DNA from: Phycisphaerae bacterium
GTDB lineage: Bacteria; Planctomycetota; Phycisphaerae; Sedimentisphaerales; Anaerobacaceae
Direction: 5' to 3'
Length of the DNA: 64,000 nucleotides
NCBI GenBank assembly: GCA_030601745.1
Contig: JAUWBI010000002.1
Coordinates: 16,770-80,769, forward strand
Part shown: piece by piece, positions 17,279-25,748 of the stretch
How positions within the stretch are numbered: position 1 is the stretch's first letter
Layout: every line of letters starts with the position of its first letter
The notes under the pieces: generated by a model
What the model was told of the DNA's origin: nothing
Database searches by the model: none
The model's input: only the letters and a program-made list of their open reading frames with translations
Position numbers and translations under genes: made by a program

Positions 17279-17622
17279 TCAATGAGAATCAACTAGTGCT
17301 CTGTCGCTGAATAAATGATGGCCATATTTGGACTTCCTTACCGATATGGTTAATGGTGATGATATTTGAATATTTACACTTAAATAGTTTTCGGATGATA
17401 AAAGCAGATAATCCTAATGGCATGATGCACTACGTTTGGTCAAGATATAGCTTTTAGTAAAGTATAAGACACAGCTAAGTTTTTTTCTCCACATACGCGA
17501 CAGAAATGCTGTATGAAAGTCAGCCACAAAAGGTTCAGAATTCTTACGAGAAGCGAACGCTTTTCACTTCCTCAAATCGTGGTTGCTCGCTTGCAAAGTG
17601 CCAAGCTGACGCCACGTGCGAA

Positions 17623-19788
17623 TTACTGTGAATACGGTACTTGCTCGTGCTTGCCATATCTGGATGGCGAAGCGTTCTCATTGCTCTGTCCAATAGTCGG
17701 GTGTTGCACTGGTTTCCATTCTGCATCTACTACCAGTGATGCGGTCGCAATCGGTTCTTTGGAGTCCGCTGAGACCATTTTGACACGAACCTCGTCTACC
17801 TTTGTCTGCCTATCAAAGTAGAACCAACCTTCCATCTCGCCACTTCCGGCGTCGTACAAAGGTGATGGGTGGGCCCTATACGAAGAAGTGCGCTTACCCC
17901 CGGTATAGGGACGGGCCCAGATGCGAGCTTGGTCTGCGGAAGCGAGATGATAGCGGACCTTCACTCGCAGTCTCTCGCCCAACGACAGAACGGTCGGAGT
18001 TTGAGGTATTGTTGAGACAACTTCGAGAGAGTCCTCCTGAAACTTGGATGGGGCGTTCCAGGTCCGACTACCTTTAAGGACCTTCGTGCGTGGGGCTTCT
18101 TCAGGATGTGGCTTGTTTACGGTCCTGCCTTTGTCCTTGTCGGCAGGTCTTTCCCCGAGCGAGCGTAACTTATTTGGCGCGACATCACGAAATTCATCGC
18201 CATGGGTATAGCCCGGCACGAACATCCTTTCCCAGACAAGAGGGCTAACGTAGGTTTTGCCGCTCACCGATACGTTAAGATACTTGGAACCGTGCTTAGA
18301 ACATCGGACCATAGGAACTACATCGCCGAATAGTCTCATCTGCTGCTTTTTCCAATCACTGAATCGCATGCCGCCAATAATTGGCCATTCACTGGAAACC
18401 CTATCCGATGTGAAATCGTAGATGTAACTGCAGGGTACATTTTGAGACGTGCTTCCTGCACCTGTACGAATCCGGTCATGTGGGCACCGCAGAGTCTCTT
18501 TGCCTACATATTCTGGAACCAGCTCGGCCAGCCTGTTTGGCAATCTGTTCGCGTCTTTTTCGAATCGTCTGATCGCCGAATAGATTCTTCGTAGATTTAC
18601 CGCACACGCCTGTATCTGATCGGGGGTCACTATATTCTCTGCAGGAATTGCAAATTTGGCGGGGACAGGCTCCGATTCGCCGGGTTTACTCTTTGCTTCG
18701 GTTGTTGTTGAAGAGGACCGTTTTGCAGTACCTGGATTGGGTAATACCTCGAGTTCAACAACCCCTTCATTCTTGTCGGCGAGCAGTTGCTGCACTTTGT
18801 GCTCGATTTCCTTTTCCTTTCCGGTACTAAAGCCGACATCGCGATGACGTATCTTTCCTTCACCGTCAACATAGAACAGCGCTGGGATGCCGCGGACACC
18901 GTATTCTTTAAACTGTTCATCGGCTTCCACAAGGGTCGTGTAAGATATACGCTCCTTAGCAAATTGCTTGACTTTGTCAGGGTCTCTTTCACGGTTTACC
19001 CCAATAACCACCAAGCCTCGGTCTTTGTACTTCTTATGAAGTGCTTCCAAATGGGGTATAGCCCTGCGACAAGGACCGCACCAAGTCCCCCAGAAGTCGA
19101 GCAATACTACTTTGCCCTTGAAGTCTGACAGGCTGACCTCTTTACCGTTTAAGTCCTTAAGCGTGAATGAAGGTGCTGGTTTGCCCTCAAGCGAAACAGC
19201 TTGTTCCTTAACAGAGCGGGTAGCTGGCTTGTGCGGGGTGAACATGCGTTCCCAAACCAAGGGGCTCCGGTAAACCTGTCCGCCAACTGATATGTTGAGA
19301 ACCGTGTCGCTACCGTGATCAATGCAGCAGACAATGGGTACTACATCGCCGAACTGCTTTACCTGCTGCTTTTTCCACTTGCGAAACACCCAGCGACTAT
19401 TGATCCTCGTCGGCGAAAATTCATACGTGTAGCTACACGGAAGGTTAGGGTCAGGGCAATATTGCGCTTTGATGCGCTCAGGATTAATGGGACACAACAA
19501 AGCCTCCTTACCCAGGTAATCGGGAACGAGTTCAGAGAGCCAGTTAGGCAGTTCGCCTCTGTCCTTCTCATATTTCTTGATTGCTGCATAGATCTTTTGC
19601 AGGTTTTCTGCGCACGCTTGCATCTCTTCGGGGATTCTCAAATTTTCCGCAGGAACTGTGAACGTGGCAGCTGAGGCCGTACCCATCAGTGAGATTGTAG
19701 CAAGCACTACGAGACTGATCCCAACTACACTTGCAATTTTCATTGGTCTTTTTTTGAAATTCGGATTGTACTTTTTTCTACTTAACAT
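17623..19788 (-). CDS. Exported TlpA/ResA-like thioredoxin-fold protein flanked by two paralogous Cys-rich modules
   Basis: 721 aa with AGGAG 7 nt upstream of the ATG at 19788 and a signal/TM N-terminus. The motif FWGTWCGPCRRAIPHLEAL (WCGPC, nt ~19064-19090) is present. Two ~145-aa repeats each begin (T/I)(V/P)AEN... and end ...SPLVWERMF. Confidence 0.85.
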   Translation of the reverse strand: MLSRKKYNPNFKKRPMKIASVVGISLVVLATISLMGTASAATFTVPAENLRIPEEMQACAENLQKIYAAIKKYEKDRGELPNWLSELVPDYLGKEALLCPINPERIKAQYCPDPNLPCSYTYEFSPTRINSRWVFRKWKKQQVKQFGDVVPIVCCIDHGSDTVLNISVGGQVYRSPLVWERMFTPHKPATRSVKEQAVSLEGKPAPSFTLKDLNGKEVSLSDFKGKVVLLDFWGTWCGPCRRAIPHLEALHKKYKDRGLVVIGVNRERDPDKVKQFAKERISYTTLVEADEQFKEYGVRGIPALFYVDGEGKIRHRDVGFSTGKEKEIEHKVQQLLADKNEGVVELEVLPNPGTAKRSSSTTTEAKSKPGESEPVPAKFAIPAENIVTPDQIQACAVNLRRIYSAIRRFEKDANRLPNRLAELVPEYVGKETLRCPHDRIRTGAGSTSQNVPCSYIYDFTSDRVSSEWPIIGGMRFSDWKKQQMRLFGDVVPMVRCSKHGSKYLNVSVSGKTYVSPLVWERMFVPGYTHGDEFRDVAPNKLRSLGERPADKDKGRTVNKPHPEEAPRTKVLKGSRTWNAPSKFQEDSLEVVSTIPQTPTVLSLGERLRVKVRYHLASADQARIWARPYTGGKRTSSYRAHPSPLYDAGSGEMEGWFYFDRQTKVDEVRVKMVSADSKEPIATASLVVDAEWKPVQHPTIGQSNENASPSRYGKHEQVPYSQ

Positions 19789-20134
19789 GGTTTTTCTCCT
19801 AAAATTGAGTTTTCAGATTACTTTCATTTGCTCGGCCAAGCAATAGCATTACTCGGTTCGGCCCTACCAGCCAGGTCGAAGCCACCTTCCACAACACGAT
19901 ACGCAATCAGTCTGCCTGTGCTGCGCTAATAGGTTATTTTGATGAATATTTTTTGTTAGCCGATCTTCCTAAAGGTTCCTGCGAGAGACCGGTCTTATCC
20001 AAAAAGCTGCTTTATTGTGCGTTCTGGGCCTATTCTGGCAGCGATTTTTTGGTTGAAATGTGTCCCCCTGGATGGTAGGTTCCTTTCCTGGAACTACACA
20101 ATGTTGAGGTGTGGATAAGTAAGGAACGTCGTGA

Positions 20135-20665
20135 ATGAGCGAGAACAAGGAAAAGAATGGTGCGAAACCCGGCAGTCCCGTAGAGAATATCAAGTTCAAA
20201 AATGTCCGTATTACGGAGAAGGGGGGCCACCCGGCTTCCGAAGGGACTCTGGAACCGACGGAGAACGACGAACGTTCCCCGCACCAAGTGGGAGCGATCC
20301 CCGCCTATGCCTGGTATCTGCGCCACGTTAAGAATATCCGTTTCCTTAACTGCCGCTTCGGATACGAAAAGAACGACGACCGGCCGGCAATGGTAGTCGA
20401 TGACGGAATAAATGTCACACTGGATGAATGTTATCTCCAGGAAGGTTCTAATTGTGATTCGCGGGTTGTAACCCGCAACGGAGCCGAGATAATTCACGTC
20501 CAGGGCAAAGCTAAAGATTATCCCCTGGAAAAACCTCAACAAAATCTCCAATATACGCCCCAGAAAATGAGCGGCAAAGAGGATTCCGACACTTCCACCT
20601 CCACCGCCGATGTCTCGTCAAAAGGCCTCGTATTAAAAGCGGATGATGCTGCACATGAGAAATAA
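20135..20665 (+). pseudogene. C-terminal fragment of a GH28/pectate-lyase-fold (right-handed beta-helix) protein
   Basis: 176-aa ORF with a TGA directly upstream in frame and no signal peptide. The sequence ...VENIKFKNVRITEKGG...IPAYAWYLRHVKNIRFLNCRFGYEKNDDRPAMVVDDGINVTLDECYL resembles the last coils of GH28-type enzymes. The family call is from memory, not a search. Confidence 0.4.
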
Positions 20666-21431
20666 TCATTGAAGATTTCTGCACACTTGCCGAGTACTGC
20701 GGCCAGAATGAATCATCAGTTAACGCCTACAATTGCAGTGCTCACAGCTTACAACCACCTCTGTAGGGGCCGTTCGTCAAGTATTAAAGTTTGCTATGGT
20801 TCGTGCATTTTCTCCATTTTTTAGTTTATGAGTCCTGCCTACTGCCAACTTTGCGGAATCGTTCGCGCCGTCCAGCATTGCTCAGGTTCGGCAACGCGGC
20901 GGTTGGATTCACCTCTTCGCAGTCACCGGCCATGCTGGCCTCAATGCCACCATGCGTATTCCGGGCTGAATAAAAGCTTGTTCGCGTCGGCCGGGCCGAA
21001 TTCACTTCAACGCGGTCACCAGCAAAGTAAGACTTTTGCTGTGGCTGATGGCCTACAGACAAAAGAATACAAATCTTCACTGAGCCGAATCCGGTTAGGT
21101 CGCGGTCACCGGCTCGACGGGACATCTGTTCCGAAATCCATTTTGCAGTCTGTCACGGAACTGCAGATGTCAGTAGTATTCCGCCTTACATTGTTTTTAT
21201 CGGTTCAAGTTATATTGCTGTATCAACCAGCATTTTCCGACGCTTTGGCCCTCACCCAAAGCGGGGCCAAAGTGTTGAAAAATGCGTTCGACCAGCGTGT
21301 GCAATGAACCAAGTAGTCAGGCGCTGACCTGTGCATCCTCTCAGAGGAGTGGATGTAGAACGAGTAGGAAAAAAGTCTCTATAGACCGACTCTGATTCAA
21401 GAACTTGAACCGGAAAGAGCGAGCGTAAGAT

Positions 21432-21466
21432 GGGGCTGTGGGCGACAACCTGCAGCCCCCTTTTTT
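21432..21466 (+). terminator. Orphan intrinsic terminator
   Basis: GGGGCTG-(14-nt loop)-CAGCCCC followed by TTTTTT. No convincing plus-strand CDS lies upstream. Confidence 0.5.
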
Positions 21467-21670
21467 GCCGGCCGGCGACTACAACCAACATACAACCGTA
21501 CAACCCTTTATCTGCCAATTTTACAAAATAGCCCATCTCATAAGTACTGTCTTATCAGTGATTTATGAAAAAGTGAAAATTTAGCACAGGTTTCAATGTC
21601 CGTTGTACACTAAGCGTCATTTTATACAAAGTTAGTGTAAATTCTTTTCTGTAAATTCGGTATGAGACAG

Positions 21671-21721
21671 GCGTGTGGTGGAGCGACGGCGAGCGTCGCG
21701 AGCCGAAGCGAGGCCACACGC
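21671..21721. other. GC-rich nested hairpin in an AT-rich spacer
   Basis: Outer stem GCGTGTGG/CCACACGC (21671-21678 / 21714-21721). Inner stem GCGAC/GTCGC (21683-21687 / 21695-21699). Confidence 0.5.
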
Positions 21722-21942
21722 GAAATTCGCTTGCTAACCACTTGTAACTCCTATTTTTGGCTCAAAAACGCATTTTTAAGCCCTTGCCAACACAGTGCTT
21801 ACACACTGAATCACGGATTAAGTATCCGAAGGCCGTTATTACCCACATCATTTCAAAAGCGTAGCCATGAATGCTGATATGCGGCCATTTTCTAACTGAA
21901 TACCGGCTGTGCACAATTCTAAATACCATATTTATTCCAGAT

Positions 21943-22031
21943 ACTGTCATTTTGCGACAGTTTTATTAACTTAGCTTGCAATATATGCCGATATGTTATA
22001 TAATTGCCAGTAACTGTCATATTTCGACAGT
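21943..22031 (+). promoter_or_regulatory. abiE promoter with two operator-like inverted repeats
   Basis: IR1 is ACTGTC-ATTTTGC-GACAGT (21943-21961) and IR2 is ACTGTC-ATATTTC-GACAGT (22013-22031). Between them lie TTGCAA (21976-21981), a 17-nt spacer and TATAAT (21999-22004). The start codon is at 22058. Confidence 0.6.
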
Positions 22032-22057
22032 ATAGTAAGCAAAATGTTGGTGTGGCT

Positions 22058-22696
22058 ATGAACAAATTAACCGAAAAAATCTTTGAATGTGTTCCATATG
22101 GCGACTTTACCAGCCAGGATGTGGCAAACCTGTTTCCTGGAAGTGAAGACCAAAGGTTTGGCTTAGTCAAACGCGCGATTGCCAATGGTGAGATCATCCA
22201 CATTCGCAGAGGGTTGTACTGCATTGCCCCAAAGTTCCAAAAGGAAAGTATCAACCTTTATGCCTTGGCCCAGCATATCTACGGCCCCTCGTACATCAGT
22301 CTGGAATCAGCTCTTAGTTGGCATGGATGGATCCCTGAAGCTGTATACACATTAACGAGCGTATCTTTCAAGAAATCCAAAGAGTTTAATACTCCTTTAG
22401 GCATGTTTAGTTACACCCGTGTCCCACAAAAGGTATTCTACGCTAGTGTGGAGAGACTGACCGATGAAGCAGGAAACATTTTCTTGATTGCAAGTCCAAT
22501 GAAAGCTTTGGCTGATTATGTGTATGCCCATAAAAGAGATTACGTTGGACTTGAGCCAGTAGTTAAGAGCTTGCGTATCGAGCAAGAGGAACTTGAATCC
22601 GTTACATCTGAAGAACTTAACATGCTGATTGCGAATTACATAAGTCACCGAGTTCAAAAATTTATCAAGGGCTTAAAAAGGGACTTAAAGCTATGA
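22058..22696 (+). CDS. abiEi: AbiEi-family type IV toxin-antitoxin antitoxin / transcriptional autoregulator
   Basis: Starts MNKLTEKIFECVPYGDFTSQDVANLF...GEIIHIRRGLYCIAPKF, a typical AbiEi N-terminal wHTH motif. There is a 4-nt overlap with the downstream gene. The ORF-track start at 22004 is rejected because it would cover the -10 box and IR2. Confidence 0.8.
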   Translation: MNKLTEKIFECVPYGDFTSQDVANLFPGSEDQRFGLVKRAIANGEIIHIRRGLYCIAPKFQKESINLYALAQHIYGPSYISLESALSWHGWIPEAVYTLTSVSFKKSKEFNTPLGMFSYTRVPQKVFYASVERLTDEAGNIFLIASPMKALADYVYAHKRDYVGLEPVVKSLRIEQEELESVTSEELNMLIANYISHRVQKFIKGLKRDLKL

Positions 22697-23541
22697 GCAC
22701 TAAGATTATCCAAGATAGGTTAGATTCATATAATTGCAAGACTGAGTTGGAAGAAGAACATGCCATCAGGGAAATCACTCAGGAAGTAGCCTTGTCGGCT
22801 TTGGGCAGGACGGACTTCTTTAAGTACGCTATATTGCAGGGAGGGACATGTCTTCGCATCTTTTACGGTCTGGATAGGTTTTCTGAAGGTATGGATTTTA
22901 TCCTGAAAGAGGCGGATAGGGATTTTCAACTTACGCCGCACCTTAAAGCCTTGTCGGAAGAGCTGCTCGCATATGGCTATAACATCGAGATAGTTGATAG
23001 GTCAAACGCAGATATTGCTGTTAGAAAAGCTTTTATCAAGGATGGCTCTATCGGAAAAGTTTTACAATTAAAACATAGTGGCAAAACCGGGCCTTTGCGT
23101 AAGATCCGCATCAAATTTGAGGTCGATACTAATCCGCCGCTTGGCAGCAATTTTGAAATGAAATATGTTGATTTTCCCTTTGTTTCATCTGTGACTGTTC
23201 AGGACAAAGCAAGTCTTTTTGCAGGTAAGATTCATGCGTTACTTTGCAGGGAATATATCAAAGGCAGGGACTGGTACGATTTTATATGGTATACGAGTCA
23301 GAGCGTAGAGATTAACTATCAGTTTCTTGCTTCAGCTCTTAAGCAACAAGGTCCTTGGCAGGGACAAAATATCCAGGTAGATTTGGATTGGTGTATTAAA
23401 CAATTCAGAGACAAGATTACATCGATCGACTGGAACGCTACAAAAGAAGATATTCGAAGATTTGTAAAACCCACTGAACTGCCGTCGGTAGATCTCTGGG
23501 GCAGAAATTTATTCCTTGCTCAACTGGAGAAGATGAAATAA
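22693..23541 (+). CDS. abiEii: AbiEii/AbiGii-family nucleotidyltransferase toxin
   Basis: 282 aa. The sequence ...AILQGGTCLRIFYGLDRFSEGMDF... matches the conserved GGTAL..y...RfSeDlDF core of the family. Confidence 0.85.
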   Translation: MSTKIIQDRLDSYNCKTELEEEHAIREITQEVALSALGRTDFFKYAILQGGTCLRIFYGLDRFSEGMDFILKEADRDFQLTPHLKALSEELLAYGYNIEIVDRSNADIAVRKAFIKDGSIGKVLQLKHSGKTGPLRKIRIKFEVDTNPPLGSNFEMKYVDFPFVSSVTVQDKASLFAGKIHALLCREYIKGRDWYDFIWYTSQSVEINYQFLASALKQQGPWQGQNIQVDLDWCIKQFRDKITSIDWNATKEDIRRFVKPTELPSVDLWGRNLFLAQLEKMK

Positions 23542-23947
23542 TTCAAAAGTTGAGGGTTTTTCCTACTTTTACTCTACCTTTGGAAACTATGCAAGCCAGG
23601 CCTCCTGCCGGTTAAAGTTTTTTCGGCTATAATAAGCCGGTGGTAAGGAGCTGTTCACCACAGAAAGTGATCTGCTAACAAATGGGCACCAAGCTAAGTT
23701 GGTGCAGGCAAGCTGGACAATCCAGCCTGGCCAAAGGCTAACCACCAGGCCAGAACAGAACTTTGGGTATTGTTCCCTAAAACTGCCCTATTTGTGGTGT
23801 GAGTTGAGTTAAGAGGGGCTGGGGCTCATTTTTCAGCCGTTTTAGGCTATTTGCGGCGTTTTGTGCCCGCTCCCGATTCAGCAAAATACATATCCTTACA
23901 AAAGACATACGCTCCAAAAAAAAATGAGAAAAATTTGACAAAAAAAC

Positions 23948-23977
23948 TTGACAAAAAACAGAGTAATTCATTATAAT
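23948..23977 (+). promoter_or_regulatory. Near-consensus sigma-70 promoter in front of the Wza-like gene
   Basis: TTGACA (23948-23953), an 18-nt spacer, then TATAAT (23972-23977). A second TTGACA sits 13 bp upstream. Confidence 0.5.
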
Positions 23978-24063
23978 TGAGGTTTGTGTGAGCTTGCTTT
24001 AAACGGCATAAGTCCGGCAGAATAAGCAGCTTACCGCATATTACAAAAGAAAGGAGGATGGTA

Positions 24064-24816
24064 ATGATGTACACACGAGCAATAACAATGGTGATTTTGT
24101 CGTTAATTATGATTAGTCTAACAGGTTGCTTTTCGTCCCGGGCTGAAGACATAGAAGCATTTCTAAAGCCCCACGAGGTAGAGGTAATTGCCAAAAATTA
24201 TGTTTTGCACCCGCCGGATGAAATTGAGGTATTATGCTCAAAGGTGCCGGAAATCCATTTGCAGCGTCAACAAATTCGGCCAGATGGAAAAATAAGCTTC
24301 GAGGCTTTAGGTGAGATAGAAGCAGCGGGCAAAACACCGGGACAAGTTGCAAAACTGCTGCAACAGAAGGTATCCCAGCTTTATACATTGGCGGGAGACA
24401 ATCCCATCGACGTACGTGTTGTAACATATCGAAGCAAGACGTATTACGTCCTTGGTGAAGTAAGTTACCCAGGTCCTAAGATCACTACGGGACGAGATAC
24501 AGCTTTGAGGGCATTAGCGGAGGCGAGGCCTACAGTTCTGGCATGGAAAGGCCGTATCCAGATAATAAGGCCGTCGGGTGATGAGAGTGTCAAATCTAAA
24601 ATTTTTGAACTGGACTTTAATCGCATGATAGCTCACGGCGATATGAGCAAAAATGTTCTACTGCAGGAAGGTGACATAATATATGTGCCACCAACCGTGT
24701 TGGCCGCTATAGGACAGACGGTAGAGGAATTAGTACGACCAATCGGCAGCGCTTTCTCGACGGTATATACCGTACAGCGAGCGCAAGTAGGTGCTCGTGG
24801 ATATGGCGGATACTAA
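24064..24816 (+). CDS. Wza-like polysaccharide export lipoprotein (Poly_export + SLBB)
   Basis: The ORF track starts at 24058. AGGAGG ends at 24057, so the ATG at 24064 or 24067 fits better. The lipobox is LIMISLTGC. Family-like sequence includes ...IRPDGKISFEALGEIEAAGKTPGQVAKLLQQKV...YYVLGEVSYPGPK...LLQEGDIIYVPPT. The protein ends in ...GARGYGGY. Confidence 0.85.
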   Translation: MMYTRAITMVILSLIMISLTGCFSSRAEDIEAFLKPHEVEVIAKNYVLHPPDEIEVLCSKVPEIHLQRQQIRPDGKISFEALGEIEAAGKTPGQVAKLLQQKVSQLYTLAGDNPIDVRVVTYRSKTYYVLGEVSYPGPKITTGRDTALRALAEARPTVLAWKGRIQIIRPSGDESVKSKIFELDFNRMIAHGDMSKNVLLQEGDIIYVPPTVLAAIGQTVEELVRPIGSAFSTVYTVQRAQVGARGYGGY

Positions 24817-24884
24817 ACTTTTTTGCTGCCAGACCCGTAATGAGTTGAATGGATAAATTGGTCGATATTGTGGAATGACATGCC

Positions 24885-25718
24885 ATGTCTAAAGATAGGA
24901 TATTGAAGTTAATTCATCTTGCCGGCACGGCCTGGTTCATCCTGTGCGTTGGCTATATTCTGGTTTTCACACTGCGGCAGGCAGGTTTTCATTGGTGGGT
25001 TATATTTTCCCTCTCGGGGCATTCTGTATTAATAGTTTTCCTGCTGATTAGTTTGTACTTATTTGCAATTTTCAGGGGTGTTACACGGAGTCAGGCAATA
25101 GAAATAGAACACCCCTTAACGAGTACGAATTACTATACGGTGCTCTATATCACAACCCCGTTTTTAGGCGGCTTGGCAGGCTGCCTGGGAATGATAGGCG
25201 TAAGTGCAATCAAGCAATTCCTGTTGGGAGTCGCCCTGGGAACTTTGGGGGCAACCTTTTTGGCCTGGGTGATTGTAGACTCGGTGACGGCATTGCTGGA
25301 AATGCTGTTGCCCGCTGCAAGCCGAAAACATCGCGCTGAACGGCTGGCCCAAGCTAAAGCCGAACGGGAAAAGAGACAGAAGGACCGCGAACGTTTGTTG
25401 GCAGAGGTATTGGCGAAGGAAAAATCGGAACGGCGCGGCTGGCAGGAGATGTTGAAGCCGCAGGCTGAAAAGCTCGCTGAACTGTTGACAACCAATAGGG
25501 CAAATTTTAGAAAAGCAGAACGTGAAGCGGTTGACATAGGCGTCGATGCGTGGCAAATCGGTGGGCTGAGTTGTATGCGACAGCTTCGCGATATGGCGAT
25601 GGACTTATGTAAAAAGAAGTATCAAGATTCGATGATTGTTGATTACGTCTCGAGCTGGTGGGATGGTATTGGAAGCTGGCGAAATCAACCTATTGGTGAA
25701 AATATAGAACTCTCGTAA
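24885..25718 (+). CDS. Membrane protein (4 TM) with C-terminal coiled-coil, unknown function
   Basis: 277-aa ORF with four hydrophobic helices in the first ~140 aa, then a charged heptad-like stretch (RKHRAERLAQAKAEREKRQKDRERLLAEVLAKEKSERR). Confidence 0.6.
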   Translation: MSKDRILKLIHLAGTAWFILCVGYILVFTLRQAGFHWWVIFSLSGHSVLIVFLLISLYLFAIFRGVTRSQAIEIEHPLTSTNYYTVLYITTPFLGGLAGCLGMIGVSAIKQFLLGVALGTLGATFLAWVIVDSVTALLEMLLPAASRKHRAERLAQAKAEREKRQKDRERLLAEVLAKEKSERRGWQEMLKPQAEKLAELLTTNRANFRKAEREAVDIGVDAWQIGGLSCMRQLRDMAMDLCKKKYQDSMIVDYVSSWWDGIGSWRNQPIGENIELS

Positions 25719-25748
25719 CAATTTAAAAACCTTAGATTTTGGAGATGG

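Noticed and set aside
20030-20551. 173-aa minus-strand ORF.
   Set aside because: It is antisense to the GH28-like fragment, which has the more protein-like translation.
20826-21307. Overlapping ORFs 20826-21125 (-) at 99 aa and 20828-21307 (+) at 159 aa.
   Set aside because: No RBS, odd composition (Arg/Ser/Cys-rich) and mutual overlap. The minus-strand one shows only degenerate repeat remnants. They are treated as decayed sequence, not genes.
23701-23754. 17-codon ORF (MGTKLSWCRQAGQSSLAKG) in the hairpin-rich spacer.
   Set aside because: It has no RBS at an appropriate distance, and its sequence is dictated by the stem-forming repeats.
25145-25556. Two 130-aa minus-strand ORFs within the 4TM/coiled-coil gene.
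   Set aside because: They are shadow ORFs caused by the repetitive charged coiled-coil coding region on the plus strand.
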